From Octopus sinensis (lineage: Eukaryota): DNA of 64,000 bases. The notes below the pieces were generated by a model. The model was not told the origin of the DNA. It was given only the letters and a program-made list of their open reading frames with translations, and did not search any database. The position numbers and the translations under genes are program-made. The stretch covers positions 64,108,001-64,172,000 of the forward strand of contig NC_043001.1 of NCBI RefSeq assembly GCF_006345805.1, in the 5' to 3' direction. Every line of letters begins with the position of its first letter. The stretch's first letter is position 1. Positions 1-13,699 of this stretch are shown here, piece by piece.

Positions 1-323
1 TAGGTATGAAATCTAGTTGTAAAGGAATTATCGATAACAAGCTTAATTTATGCACCGATACAAAGCGGAGGAAGGGAGATAACTCTTATTTAATCCCCTA
101 TTATCATTCTAAAAATAAATGTAAGTCTTTCAAAAATAATTACTCTAAAAATAAGATAAATAGTAGTAAAAATATTTGGTTCATTCTTCCATACGGGAAG
201 TATGCTTTAAGTAAATCTAATCTCCCATTGCAATTTTGTCAAGCTATTTTTAGGAATTTTCCAAAGAATTCTAGGTATCAATTCTAGGTATCAATTCTAT
301 TATCAATTCACATACGGTTAGGA

Positions 324-890
324 TTGATTTTTTCCAACACAAAAAATCTCTTACAAATTATCTCTTCACATAATAACAACCTGTTAAATATTAATACATT
401 TACTAATACTAACATTAATTTAGCTAATACCATCTATCCCTCTAGAAATATTGATAACAAGGTTATTGTATCTGAAGTCAATTCCAACAGAATTAAGTTT
501 ATGTCAAGTAGCTCTAAAATTAAAAACTCTATATACCAGTGTATAATCAGTACTCGTAATAAAGTACGATTTTACATTGGAAGCACGTCGTTACAGTTAT
601 CTAAAAGAATTTCTATCCATTACTCAACATTTAGGGATAGGAATAAACGTAACAGTACAGGGCTCAGTAAATTAATTTGGGATCTAAAAGACCACAATGA
701 ACAATTTAATTTAGAATGGTTGATTCTCTCAATCGCCATACCTTATGACAAAGGCGAGAAATTCTGTCTTTTCTGTAATTCTGAACTATTTTTCATTATT
801 TTTTCTAAAAATCCCCTAGTAAACACGGTTATAGAGCGTGCATACCGATGTAAACATTGGCAAGAACACACCTTTAGTTCATATAAGTAA
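324..890 (+). pseudogene. PLE GIY-YIG endonuclease fragment
   Basis: SIY...YIG motif, RxxxH helix and C-terminal CxxC...CxH. There is no ATG start and the upstream frame is broken. Homologous to 30813-31019. Confidence 0.8.
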
Positions 891-1094
891 TCTCTATCAT
901 TATATATAATTTAAGCATTAATTTCCTTTTATATTTAACATTCACTAAAAAAATATCCTTCCTCTTTCTATAGGCTAATTCTGACGTTATATCATATAAC
1001 GTTTTTTCAAACAATATTAATAGCGTTCAGTAAATCACTATACATATCCATCATTTTCTGTTAAAATGTCTTATTGACGAGTTTCATTTCTTCA

Positions 1095-1180
1095 CTTCCC
1101 TGAAGAGAAGATTACATTGTTTTACAGCATTTATTCCTTTGGAATAATATCAGTGAAATCTTTGAAACATGTGTCGGAAG
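1095..1180 (+). ncRNA. Type I hammerhead ribozyme motif with extended stem II
   Basis: Stem I CTTCC(1095-99)/GGAAG(1176-80); CTGAAGA 1100-06; stem II GAAGAT/ATCTTT with internal hairpin TTATTCC-TTT-GGAATAA; GAAA 1164-67; C-ATGT-G; GUC site at 1175. Confidence 0.8.
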
Positions 1181-1650
1181 TAAAAGTATTTGAATTATAC
1201 TTGCGTTAAACTCCATTTATATATTTATATATTATACAAAAAAACCCCCGAAGTTTCTACCTTTAAAACAAGGAGTTACCACCTCTTTACTTGTGTGATT
1301 TTTTGCTACCCTGGTAACTATTTATCTATTTTTTTCCGTGTTAATTGTTAACAAAGGAAAAATACACTCATCTATTTCTATATCTATATCTATATATATA
1401 TATGAATTTATCTGTAATATACTATGTGACAATTATTCGGTTGCCATAATAAAACTCCAAATTATCCGGTCATATATGGTCCTTAAAAGATATAGGTATC
1501 AGTTACATCATCCACTGGAAGCCTTACACCAACAGCAGTGGAAAGTGTGGTCTTTGTAATATGAAAAGATGGCTCATCTGGAAAAGCAGCTTGGACCCCG
1601 CTACATGTCTAAATTCAAGAACTGAACTTTTCATATTATACTTTTTATAT

Positions 1651-2082
1651 ACTCTTTTACTCTTTACTCTTTTACTTGTTTCAGTCATTTGACTGCGGCC
1701 ATGCTGGAGCACCGCCTTTAGTCGAGCAAATCGACCCCGAGACTTATTCTTTGTAAGCCCAGTACTTATTCTATCGGTCTCTTTTGCCGAACCGCTAAGT
1801 GACGGGGACGTAAACACACCGGCATCGGTTGTCAAGCAATGCTAGGGGGACAAACACAGACACACAAACACACACATACATATATATATTTATATATATA
1901 TATATATACATATATACGACAGGCTTCTTTCAGTTTCCGTCTACCAAATCCACTCACAAGGCATTGGTCGGCCCGGGGCTATAGCAGAAGACACTTGCCC
2001 AAGACGCCACGCAGTGGGACTGAACCCGGAACCATGTGGTTGGTAAGCAAGCTACTTACCACACAGCCACTCCTGCGCCTAT
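1651..2082 (-). mobile_element. Octopus-type tRNA-derived SINE
   Basis: Minus-strand head AGGCGCAGGAGTGGCTGTGTGG (A box) and GGTTCAGTCCC (B box), an internal microsatellite and an (AAGAGT)n tail. At least six copies occur in the window. Confidence 0.85.
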
Positions 2083-2727
2083 ATACATATATTTATATAT
2101 TTTTTACATTTTTTTTTACATATTTATAGATATATTTATATTTTTATTGCTTTATATATTTTTACACATTTTTTTCTGTTTTACCTTTCACCTTGCTTTT
2201 TCTTGTGCATGTGCGTATATAAACGTGTATATGAACTTTGTTGTCCGCGCGCGCGTGTGTGTGCATGTGTGCGGGTATGTATATATGTACATGTACATGT
2301 ACATGTGTATGGTTGCATATATATGTAGGTGTACATGCACGTGTTTCACGTGAGTGTGAGTGAGCATGTGCATATATAGCATGTGTGTATTTGTAGACGT
2401 GTATTGAATATAATTGTGCGCGTATGAGTATGTGCACGTGTGTATGTGTGTGTGCGCGAGCGTCTGGATATGTATACGTGTACATGCATGGTTGCATATA
2501 TATGTGCATTTATGGCGTGTGTGGGTGCGCATGTATGTATTCCATGCGAGTATGTGGGTGTGCGTGCGCGCATGTGTATGTATGTACATCCGCGCATACG
2601 TGAATGCTATGAGAAATTTTACTTCTTTACTTTTTACTTTCTCCCATTCGGTTTTTTTCCCTTATTTAACGGTCATTCTAATAGCTTTTTCCCTTTGTTC
2701 AACAGTCAATTTCATTGCATTTTTCGA

Positions 2728-2802
2728 TTGCCTCGATAACTGACGAGATGCCGGAGCAGGTTTCCGCCCTGACATCCGAAACTCGGAGTCTTATTATGGC
2801 AA
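2728..2802 (+). ncRNA. Type I hammerhead ribozyme motif
   Basis: TTGCC-TCG-ATAA / TTAT-TAT-GGCAA stem I; CTGACGA 2740-46; stem II GATG/CATC plus one extra C; GAAA 2778-81; CTC-G-GAG; GUC 2788-90. Confidence 0.7.
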
Positions 2803-2911
2803 CCAAATAATTGTCACATATTATATTACAGATAAATTCCTCTATTTACATAATATCGAGGTCTCATTTATTCTTTTGTTGCCTTACCATTACTATTAAT
2901 ATATGTATATA

Positions 2912-3799
2912 CTAGCAGCATAGCCCGGCGTTGCCCGGGTATGTAAGAGCCTCTAGTAGGCAACGACTAATCCCAATCTAGTCCTTTCCCTCTAGGGAAC
3001 GAAGGCGCATGTGTAGGTTGCAATGTCTTCTATCAAACAGCTATGGATAATTCAACCCAACCAATTCATACCAGGAAGAAATTACATTCGAGACTTTACC
3101 CCCAACACCGCCACTTCTGCTAATAGCTGCTGCAGCCGCAAGTTATTCGAATAATTTTTTGTTTAAACTTTCTTTATAACTACCACCCCAAACGTTTTAC
3201 CTTAAATTTTTGGCGTACCCTAAGGGTCCTCGGACGCTACTTGCAAACTTTTGGCTTATTATAAACCGCTTTTGTCGTGTGCACCAAAAAACCTTTTCCA
3301 TTCGTTTGTTCAGTTTGGTCACTTTTGGCGTTTTCGTTGTTGTCATTCACATTGCTGCCCGCTTTTTTGCCGTTTTTGTACATTTTTATACATTTTGGGA
3401 TACTTACCCCACGTGTTCCGAGAGTTAAAAAGGTCGAGTTGCGTTCCCTAGACAGTCTGTGGTTTGTTTTTAATACACAAATCGGTTTGCTATGTGTGCC
3501 ACATATGATTTAATTAACCGATTTTTTCCAGTAATAAAGTATCCTATTGGAATAAGAAGGGCCATATAGCTCCTTGGAGCAGACATGATGCTCGCTGCGA
3601 ATTTTTAAAAAGATTCCTGCCAATTTGTGAAAGATATTGTCGAAAATATGTCATCTTGAATTTGAACGCGATTTCCCAACACTAAGCATTGTTCTAGGTA
3701 TATACTTTCAAAGTGACACACAGTCACTGATCTTGTAAAGAGGAAAACAATTAGTTTTAAATCTCTGAGCGAGATGTAAGTAGTAACAGTATGTGTGTA

Positions 3800-3860
<61 letters not shown>

Positions 3861-4711
3861 TGGCTTCATGCAGGTATGACGTGGATTCGATCCTCGATAG
3901 CCAAATTTCACTTAACAGTTCAACAGCATTTTTCTCACAGTAAAACAATAGTTTTTCAGTGAGTGACAACAGTTACATTTACCAGACGCCTTCGCTAAGC
4001 CGAAATAATGTCTTCGCCACTTGACCCTTCTAACCTCTTCTCGGCTACCAAAAGCTAGATTAAAGATATCAGACCTCCAACGAAATCTATTGTTCTCAAC
4101 AGTATGTCTATCCTTCTAGCTGGTTTTGGATAGTTATAAAAACAAGAACTCCGTAAGCAAGAGTTATTTAGTGAGAACCGAGTCTGGCTGACCGGCCGAA
4201 CAAAACGCCGTCTTTAAAGTATCCTATTGGAATAAAAAGGGCCATATAGCTCCTTGGAGCAGACATGATGCTCGCTGCGAATTTTTAAAAAGATTCCTGC
4301 CAATTTGTGAAAGATATTGTCGAAAATATGTCATCTTGAATTTGAACGCGATTTCCCAAAATGGCATGATTTTATCGATTTTTTCTGATGGTAAGGTATT
4401 GCATGGAAAACAAACGTCAGAATTAAGTTTCTTAGGGTAACATTAAGCTTCACCATGAGTTTGGTGAAAATCGATTGCAAGTTACGAAAACTACAACAGA
4501 AAATGTGTTGCATATAAAAAGCTTAGATTCTCGACTCCATGTCGAATTTATCAATGTTTTTCAGAACTGGGGGAACTTTTCAAAATTTTCGCTGCGTTAG
4601 TTTTGAATTATGACATTGGGCTATGTGTGTGTCAAGTTTCATCAGAATCGGTTGAAAGCCGTGGTCAGGGTGAGGATACAACCTGACAGACACACAGACA
4701 CACAAACTGCC

Positions 4712-4735
<24 letters not shown>
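2912..4735 (-). mobile_element. Non-autonomous Helitron-like element, interrupted by a templated insertion at 3680-4214
   Basis: The minus-strand 3' end has a GC hairpin (CCCGGGCAACGCCGGG) then CTAG at 2912-15. The 4540-4720 segment matches the copy at 43811-44191. Confidence 0.6.
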
Positions 4736-4780
<45 letters not shown>

Positions 4781-4829
4781 TACACACACACACATGCGCG
4801 CGCGCATATATATATATATATATAATTAT

Positions 4830-5219
4830 TATTTGAGGGAATAAAATCCAAAACTTACAACGAAAAAATATTCAATTTAGAAATACTAAATCAAATTTCA
4901 CACAATATAATATATATATATAAAAATTTGAAAAAAAACACCTTTTATCAATTCAAAATGAACAATTAAATTACACCATCTAGAAAATTACATATAATAG
5001 AAATATTAAAATTAAAATAACAATAAAATGTTAATGATTAAGTAAATTACAAAAAAATAATAATAAAAACATATAATTTGTAGAATAACGAACGTGTTTC
5101 GTGGCTATATTTAAGAAATGATTATAGTTGTAGAGAAATCACTTCGATATAAATATAGTAATTCATCAGGTTAAAAATAAACTAGAACAATAAAATAATC
5201 AATTAACAAATATACTTTA

Positions 5220-5254
<35 letters not shown>

Positions 5255-7090
5255 GAAAATACTAAATATACATAAGTGACAACTAAAACAATACTTAAAT
5301 TATTAAATACTTTAAAATTAAATAAAATACATAAAGCTAGTACAAGTCCTTAAATTGTAATCAAAATAAGAAATGGTTCAAATATAGACAAACTCCTTAA
5401 ATAAGCTAACCATATAATAAATATACATGTGTAGTATCTATAGATTTAATATAAGAATCTATAACAAAGTTGACTAAATATCAAATAATATAATACCCAA
5501 TTAACTTAAAACTTAATATTACAAATAAATAAGCCACCTAATAATTAAATAATATATTGTCTGACGAAATTAATTCTTAAATTAAATTAAATGTAATTCA
5601 TTAGATCCCTTAATATAGAAATATATATATATATTTTTATATAAAATATAGGAATTAATATCTATCGTAACTTATATCTATCAATATATATATAAAGATA
5701 TAATAGTGAGAATAATATGTTAATGGATAGTAAGAAAACCTATCAACCCTAAAATTAAAGAAAGGTGCAAAAATATTAGAACCAAAGAACAATACACTAA
5801 GAAGATGTACAATCACAACCACCAGTCTTATACAAAGCCAGTCAATAACAATAACAATAATGACAACGATCTAACCAATATGGATAAACAAACTAAATTA
5901 CTAAGTTCAACGATTAATTTAATCTATCTGGATTTTAAATTTAATAATATGTTTTAGCGTCTAATTAATATACTCAAAACAATTCCTCTTCATGAATAAT
6001 ACAATCAAAAATTTGAAATAGTACAAATATACTCAAATCCATCATATAAACTAGTTATATTAATATCCATGTATAATATCTATAGATTTAATATATCTCA
6101 CGATAAAAAAAGTTAAACATAAACTTTATATTAAAATAAAAACTAGTTTATTTTAAAATAATACTATTTAATGAAAAATTATCTAATTATTAAAAGAAAT
6201 ATAGTCTAACAATATTAATTCTCAAATTAAATAATATGTAAAACGTTAAAATCCTTTATAATAATTAAAGGATAACATATCCAATATCGAACATAAAAAT
6301 ACTATCAAGAAACTCTAAATAAATAATAATATTACAACAATAATAATAATATTTCAAAAACACAACGAAATAGAGAAACGATAAAATGTCAAACTTAGCT
6401 TTGCGAAGTGAAAGAGTAACTGATTTTTAAAGTAAAATAGTTAAAGCGTTTATAAAATTTATCGCGGTTAGGCTTAGTGCAAAGAAATCAAATAAATACT
6501 CAATGAAAATGGTAAAATTTTTTTATCAATGAAAAATACGAAAAAACGAAAAAATATTAAAACCTCATGAACTAAAGAAATATGAGAAAAAAAACACAAC
6601 TTATGGAGAGATTAATATGAAGACACGCAACTAAAACTAAAACTAACAGACACCTATTAATATATCAATAACAAAATTAACCACAGCTAAACATTAATCC
6701 CAAAATAATACAAAATCCAACCCCAAAATTAAAGAAAGGTGCAAAAATATTAGGACCAAAGAACAATACACTAAGAAGATGTACAATCACAATCAATAGT
6801 CCTATACAAAGCCTGTCAATAACAATAACAATAATAAACTATAAATAAATAATAATATTACAACAACAATAATAATAATAATATTTCAAAAACACAACGA
6901 AATAGAGAAACGATAAAATGTCAAACTTAGCTTTGCGAAGTGAAAGAGTAACTGATTTTTAAAGTAAAATAGTTAAAGCGTTTATAAAATTCATTGCGTA
7001 GAGACATAGTGCAAATACGAAAAAACGAAAAAAACATTAAAACTTTGTAACGAAGGATCTGTTATCGAAGCACTGAAAGGGTGTCGATAT
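4830..7090 (+). mobile_element. Extremely AT-eroded PLE-like relic with internal tandem and inverted duplications
   Basis: Direct repeats at ~5745-5860/6715-6835 and ~6330-6480/6845-7000; an inverted copy of ~5395-5610 at ~7760-7990; eroded HHR cores at 5163-69 (minus) and 5561-67; a readable but stop-riddled frame at ~5740-6340. Confidence 0.45.
5086..5173 (-). ncRNA. Degenerate hammerhead motif with long stem II
   Basis: Minus strand: TAAC-CTGATGA...CTATATTT/AAATATAG...GAAA-CACGT-TC-GTTA. The base of stem II and stem III are damaged. Confidence 0.5.
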
Positions 7091-7192
7091 CTTTTGGATT
7101 TTCTAGTGCTAGAATGAGCCACATAGTGACCATTCTCTTATATTTATTTTTGTATAAAATATTATAATATATTATAAAATATTATAATAATC

Positions 7193-7690
7193 CAGGTTTC
7201 TCGAGGCACTGGGCCACTTGGTGTTGAATAGATATACTATTAAATTAGTATCTAATTCTCTCACCCATATTAATTAATTATAATTATGCTACATTTATTT
7301 CTAAATGTAGTATTTGTTTCCGTGAAAGTTTGGCGCGCTGTTGGTAGGGGCATTTGAATTATAACGTCGGATGTAATCAATTGAACCACACGTGTATTTA
7401 TCGTTATGGTAAAATCTGGCGTGTGATTGAGTGGATTTCATCCAGATAGTTTTGGCTGAGGAGTTACAAGTGGGTTTTTTGTAAGTAAAATTACATTTAA
7501 TTCATTAATAGCGAAACAATTGTCCCAAAATAATCTGTATTTTTGTTATTTTTTATTTGCCCTGTTCGTGTGAGCTAACAATCGTACTGACTTTCATGGG
7601 AAACATGTATTTTTGTGGTTGAAACCTTTTGGATTTTCTAGTGCTAGAATGAGCCACATAGTGACCATTCTCTTATATTTATTTTTATAT
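7193..7690 (+). mobile_element. PLE pseudo-LTR family copy (second copy at 51450-51975)
   Basis: Near-identical to 51530-51975 and contains a canonical HHR. Confidence 0.7.
7443..7537 (+). ncRNA. Type I hammerhead ribozyme motif
   Basis: Stem I CAGATAGTTTTGG/CCAAAATAATCTG; CTGAGGA 7456-62; GTTA/TAGC stem II base; GAAA 7513-16; palindromic CAATTG; UC 7523-24. Confidence 0.8.
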
Positions 7691-7708
7691 TTTATTTATA
7701 TATATATA

Positions 7709-7761
<53 letters not shown>

Positions 7762-7983
7762 GGGATCTAACGAATTACATTTAATTTAATTTAAGAATTA
7801 ATTTCGTCAGACAATATATTATTTATTAGGTGTAATATTAAATTTTAAGTTAATTAGGTATTATATTATTTGATATTTAGTCAACTTTGTTATAGATTCT
7901 TATATTAAATCTATAGATACTACACATGTATATTTATTATATGGTTAGCTTATTTAGGGAGTTTGTCTATATTTGAACCATTT

Positions 7984-8966
<983 letters not shown>

Positions 8967-8969
8967 TAT

Positions 8970-9058
<89 letters not shown>

Positions 9059-9065
9059 ATATATA

Positions 9066-10339
9066 TGGGTTGGCAAGAAACTAATTTCGTTTTTCGCAAA
9101 TAGATAGAGTTACGATTTTTTTTGAACGATTTTTGTCAATGTTATGATCTTTTCTTTTTGACATTTGATAGTCGTTACTTTTAGCTTACTTTAGAAGTAA
9201 ATAGCGCGTAATTTTGTTTACGGCTGTTAGTTCAGTGTAAATTTTAACATGGAGTACAAAAACGAACATTTTCGCCATATTTTGCTTTTTTATTTTTCTA
9301 AAAGCAAGAAAGCTGCTGAGGCTCACAAAGAGATATGTGAAGTTTATGGTGTTGATTGCTTAACAGAACGCACATATCAGTAATGGTTTTAAAAATTCCT
9401 TTCTGGAGATTTTTCACTCAAAGATGACCAACGTCCTGGTCGACCTACTGAAGTTGATGATGACCGAATCAAAGCTATAATTGAATATGATTGTCCTATA
9501 ACTGTGCGAGAGATTGCAGAGAGGTTTAATGTATCTCACAACAATTCAAAATCACTTAAAATGTCTTGGACTCGTTAAGAAGCTCGATATTTGGGTTCCA
9601 CATAAATTGAAAGACATTCACTTAACACAACGAATCAGTATTTGCGATATGCATCTCAACGGCAATGAATTCAACCTTTTTTTGAAACGAATCATCACTG
9701 ATAATGAAAAATAGATTGTGTCTACAATAACACCAATCGAAAACGATCATGGTCCAAGCGTAATGAACTAGCACAAACAACATCGAAAGCTGAATTGCAT
9801 CAAAAAAAGGTCATGTTGTCAATTTGGTGGGATTACAAAGGTGTTGTATATTTTGAGCTGCTTCTAAAGAACCAAACGTTCAATTCAGATGTTTACTGTC
9901 AACAACTAATGAAACTGGAGGAAGCAATCAAAGAAATACAGCCAGAATTTGCAAATCGTAAAGGAATCGTGTTCTACCATGACAACGCTTAGACCACACA
10001 CATCTTTACTAACTCGTGAAAAATTATTGGAGCTTGGTCGGGAAGTGATGTCATCCACCATATAGCCCTGACCATCAGATTATCATTTATTTCGAAGTTT
10101 GCAAAATCCTTTGAACGGTAAGACTTACAATAATGATGGTGACCTGAAATTGAACTTGTTTCATTTTTTCGCTGATAAGGACTAAAAGTTCTTGAGCGCG
10201 GAATCATGAAGTTGCCAGAAAGATGGTAAAAAGTAATCGAACAAAATGGAAAATATATAATTGATTAAAGTTCATTCTTTGTATAAAAAAAACTTTTATT
10301 TCACACTAAAAAACCGAAATTACTTTCTTACCAACCCAA
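9066..10339 (+). mobile_element. Mariner (DD34D) transposon, full length but decayed
   Basis: TIRs TGGGTTGGCAAGAAACTAATTTCG / CGAAATTACTTTCTTACCAACCCAA inside (TA)n. WVPHKL, FYHDNA and HPPYSPD motifs lie in broken frames. Confidence 0.92.
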
Positions 10340-10341
10340 TA

Positions 10342-10455
<114 letters not shown>

Positions 10456-10459
10456 AAAT

Positions 10460-10777
10460 CTTTTTGCCAACGTAAAGGGACATTCCTGATTAGGATGAGG
10501 CCCCAGGAAAACATCTCCACTCCAGCTGGTCAACGCACATCTGAGACCTTATACCTTGAACAAAGGAGCTAATGTCCCCACTCAGCCTTAAACGGACCAT
10601 GGTTTCTAGGTTATTTTCCCTCATCGGCACAGGATAATCGTTGACTAGAGACGGCAACACTAAGCGTTGTTCTAGGTATATACTTTCAAAGTGACACACA
10701 GTCACTGATCTTGTAAAGAGGAAAACAATTAGTTTTAAATCTCTGAGCGAGATGTAAGTAGTAACAGTATGTGTGTA

Positions 10778-10854
<77 letters not shown>

Positions 10855-12240
10855 TGGCTTCATGCAGGTATGACGTGGATTCGATCCTCGATAGCCAAAT
10901 TTCACTTAACAGTTCAACAGCATTTTTCTCACAGTAAAACAATAGTTTTTCAGTGAGTGACAACAGTTACATTTACCAGACGCCTTCGCTAAGCCGAAAT
11001 AATGTCTTCGCCACTTGACCCTTCTAACCTCTTCTCGGCTACCAAAAGCTAGATTAAAGATATCAGACCTCCAACGAAATCTATTGTTCTCAACAGTATG
11101 TCTATCCTTCTAGCTGGTTTTGGATAGTTATAAAAACAAGAACTCCGTAAGCAAGAGTTATTTAGTGAGAACCGAGTCTGGCTGACCGGCCGAACAAAAC
11201 GCCGTCTTTAAAGGAAAAGACACAAGGGGACAACTATGGCAACTCACCAACGAAGCAGTTGTTTCGTCCCACCACTCTCACTTTCACTAACTCGCTTTCT
11301 TTTCTCTGTAACATTATCATATCTCTCTATATACTACTATGATATCGTATACACACATACCGGCCGAAATTAACTCTTTTTACCTTGCATACTTTACGAA
11401 CTGTGTTATACTATTACACTAACCTACCGGACGTTCCACCATAACATGCATCGATTACAATTGGTGACCTCGAGTTAAAGAGTTGCAGCCTTCGCCTTCG
11501 CCTTCACCTTCACCTTCGCATGAACAATTGTCACATACACCGATTACACTGGTGAATTCGTCTAAAAATAATTGCTACTTTCTAATGCTACATGCCGCTG
11601 CATTTTGCTGACTTCGAACTAAAGAACTACAGTCTTCATATCAACAGTCGCTAAACCAGAGGAAAAGAATGACAACCTTTTTCACCATCAAGATGCACCC
11701 GCGTTCCACTTGTTACAGTACGTGCAACAGAAAGAACTATACTGCGATGCAATCTACGACGCACTTCAAAACAATGCAATACTGCCGATGCACAAAGAAT
11801 TTGCTCACCAAGGAAGTCAATAAATACATCATTTCGACAGCTACATGCCCAGAAACTAACTGGAAGAAAATACGGAAGCCCGCACATGTAACGTTTTTGG
11901 CACACACACACACGTTTTTCGTCTGGTCCCAACGTACAGACCTTACATTGTCTACGAACTTTTGCACGAATTTAAGACTCATATAGACTCTCGTCAACTT
12001 TTTTTTTTTTTTGCATGAACATCTTTTCTTTTTCACTTGCAGCAGTAGATTGTATACTATGAGATCGTATACACACATACCGGCCGAAATTAACTCTTTT
12101 TACCTTGCATGCTTTTCCATTTACTAGTTATACATACCAACCTGGTTTGGGATATATACAAAGTGACAGTAAATAAATATCACTTTACAACTTCAATCAC
12201 TGTTCTTCTTTCATCTTGCATACTGGCAACCAACACCTTA
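10460..12240 (+). mobile_element. LTR-retrotransposon remnant (LTR end, PBS, leader, partial second LTR)
   Basis: ...TTACA(11459)-AT-TGGTGACCTCGA resembles a tRNA-Trp primer-binding site. Direct repeat 11343-11390/12063-12110. Confidence 0.5.
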
Positions 12241-12250
12241 ACAACAACCG

Positions 12251-12290
<40 letters not shown>

Positions 12291-12295
12291 TATAT

Positions 12296-12345
<50 letters not shown>

Positions 12346-12462
12346 AGGAAAAAAGGGAGGAAGCGAATTTCGATTTCCCCACGTGGTGAGTTGTAATAGT
12401 TTACATAGTTTTAATATATTAAACTATGTAAGCTCTGTGCACTCTCCTTCTTTTATTATATA

Positions 12463-12825
12463 CTAGCAGTATCGCCTGGCGTTGCTCGGGTTTGTTTCGA
12501 CCCTTTAGAATTGGAATTTTTGAAAAGTAAAAATTTTGCATTATGTAGCTTGTTATTCTCTTTAAGTGAACATTTTTCTGGTTGAAATATACCGAAAAAT
12601 GGCGACACAGCAGTAAAAAATCGTAAAAAATAGGGATTTTCATAGAAAAAAAGCACCTTTTTGATGTAAATAATTTTTGGTCTTAACATGGTCCGATTTG
12701 AATTTTATCTTCTATCATACTCTCAATTTTGGTCAACTGGCACTACATGGTCTTGGAGGAGATAGTGTTACTTGAAGGTTACCAAACCTGCCACACACAG
12801 ACAACTTCAGCTTTATATATATAGA
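12463..12825 (-). mobile_element. Non-autonomous Helitron-like element
   Basis: Minus strand begins TCTATATATATAAAG and ends with a hairpin plus CTAG, inserted at A|T. Confidence 0.65.
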
Positions 12826-13699
12826 TTAAGAGCACTTCCCGTTCGATTTTTGAGGTGATTCGGTCTGCAAAATAATTCTCTCATTTTGAGCTATTTTTTG
12901 ACACCATTTTCAACTGAGAACTCCTTAAAAAGGCACACTCAAAACTGCTAGAATTTGCATTTTTCAAGTTAGAGAATTCAAGCTTGCTCCAATCGATTCA
13001 GGAAATTTTTCTACGTATGTGCTCATATTTTGTTTTTCGAAAAACTCAAAAATTGAAAGTGTTTTTCCGTTGCATTCGCGCAAACACGCGCACAGTCACG
13101 CGTAGAATCCAACATGTTGCGTGTACACAACTCAAGGCAATAGTGTATGACATCTACTCACTCGCCGAAAATGTATTGTTTCGGGCCTTTTTTATCGAGA
13201 TAGAGACTTGAAACCTACACCACGCCTTCTATAGGTGTGTAAATTTTAAGCTCGATCTTAGCACGTTTAGTGCCATTGAATCCTTACCAAAGCCAAAGTG
13301 TGCAAGTTTTTTCCTCTTTTATATATATACTTTTTATGTATGTATACATGCATGTATGTAAATGGAGAACAATGAGTTTCTAAACATAAGAAAATAAAGT
13401 AATGTAATAAAGAAAGTTAAGTAGTCCAGGTCATTTAGAAATACAGTGATGAGGGTCATTGACAATATTGTCTCAGTCTAAATTTACAAAGAAGCGTTTT
13501 ACAGTATCTTCTAATTGAGATCTTACCACTTTAGGCGTTATTAATGTTGAAGAGTTTCCTGTGTTCTCGTCATAGTGCCAACAACAACGCTAACACATTA
13601 ACTTGTTGCCGTTAATAATTTCAGTGAAATACTAAAGTGGATTTAACTGTTGTTTCGACACAGTGCCACCTTTGTAACGTGACTCTGTTTATGTATTAT

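Larger units (their letters stand above)
1..1300 (+). mobile_element. Penelope-like element 3' remnant (decayed RT C-terminus, GIY-YIG endonuclease, pseudo-LTR with hammerhead motif)
   Basis: ORF 324-890 ends in a GIY-YIG domain (NSIYQC...FYIGST...RISIHYSTF...STGLSKLIWDLK...W.IL....PYDKG...CLFCNSE...CKH). It is followed by an AT-rich pLTR containing an HHR at 1095-1180. Confidence 0.85.

Noticed and set aside
1990-2082. tRNA gene at the SINE heads
   Set aside because: A and B boxes are present but no complete cloverleaf, and the heads are fused to SINE bodies in all copies.
2162-2597. Many ORF-track entries rich in YI/HT/CV/MY repeats (also 44564-45020, 55050-56500, 60752-61253)
   Set aside because: They are translations of (TA)n, (CA)n and (TACA)n microsatellites, not genes.
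5561-5605. CTGACGA core (mirror at 7804-7810)
   Set aside because: No GAAA is recoverable, so it is at best a dead relic.
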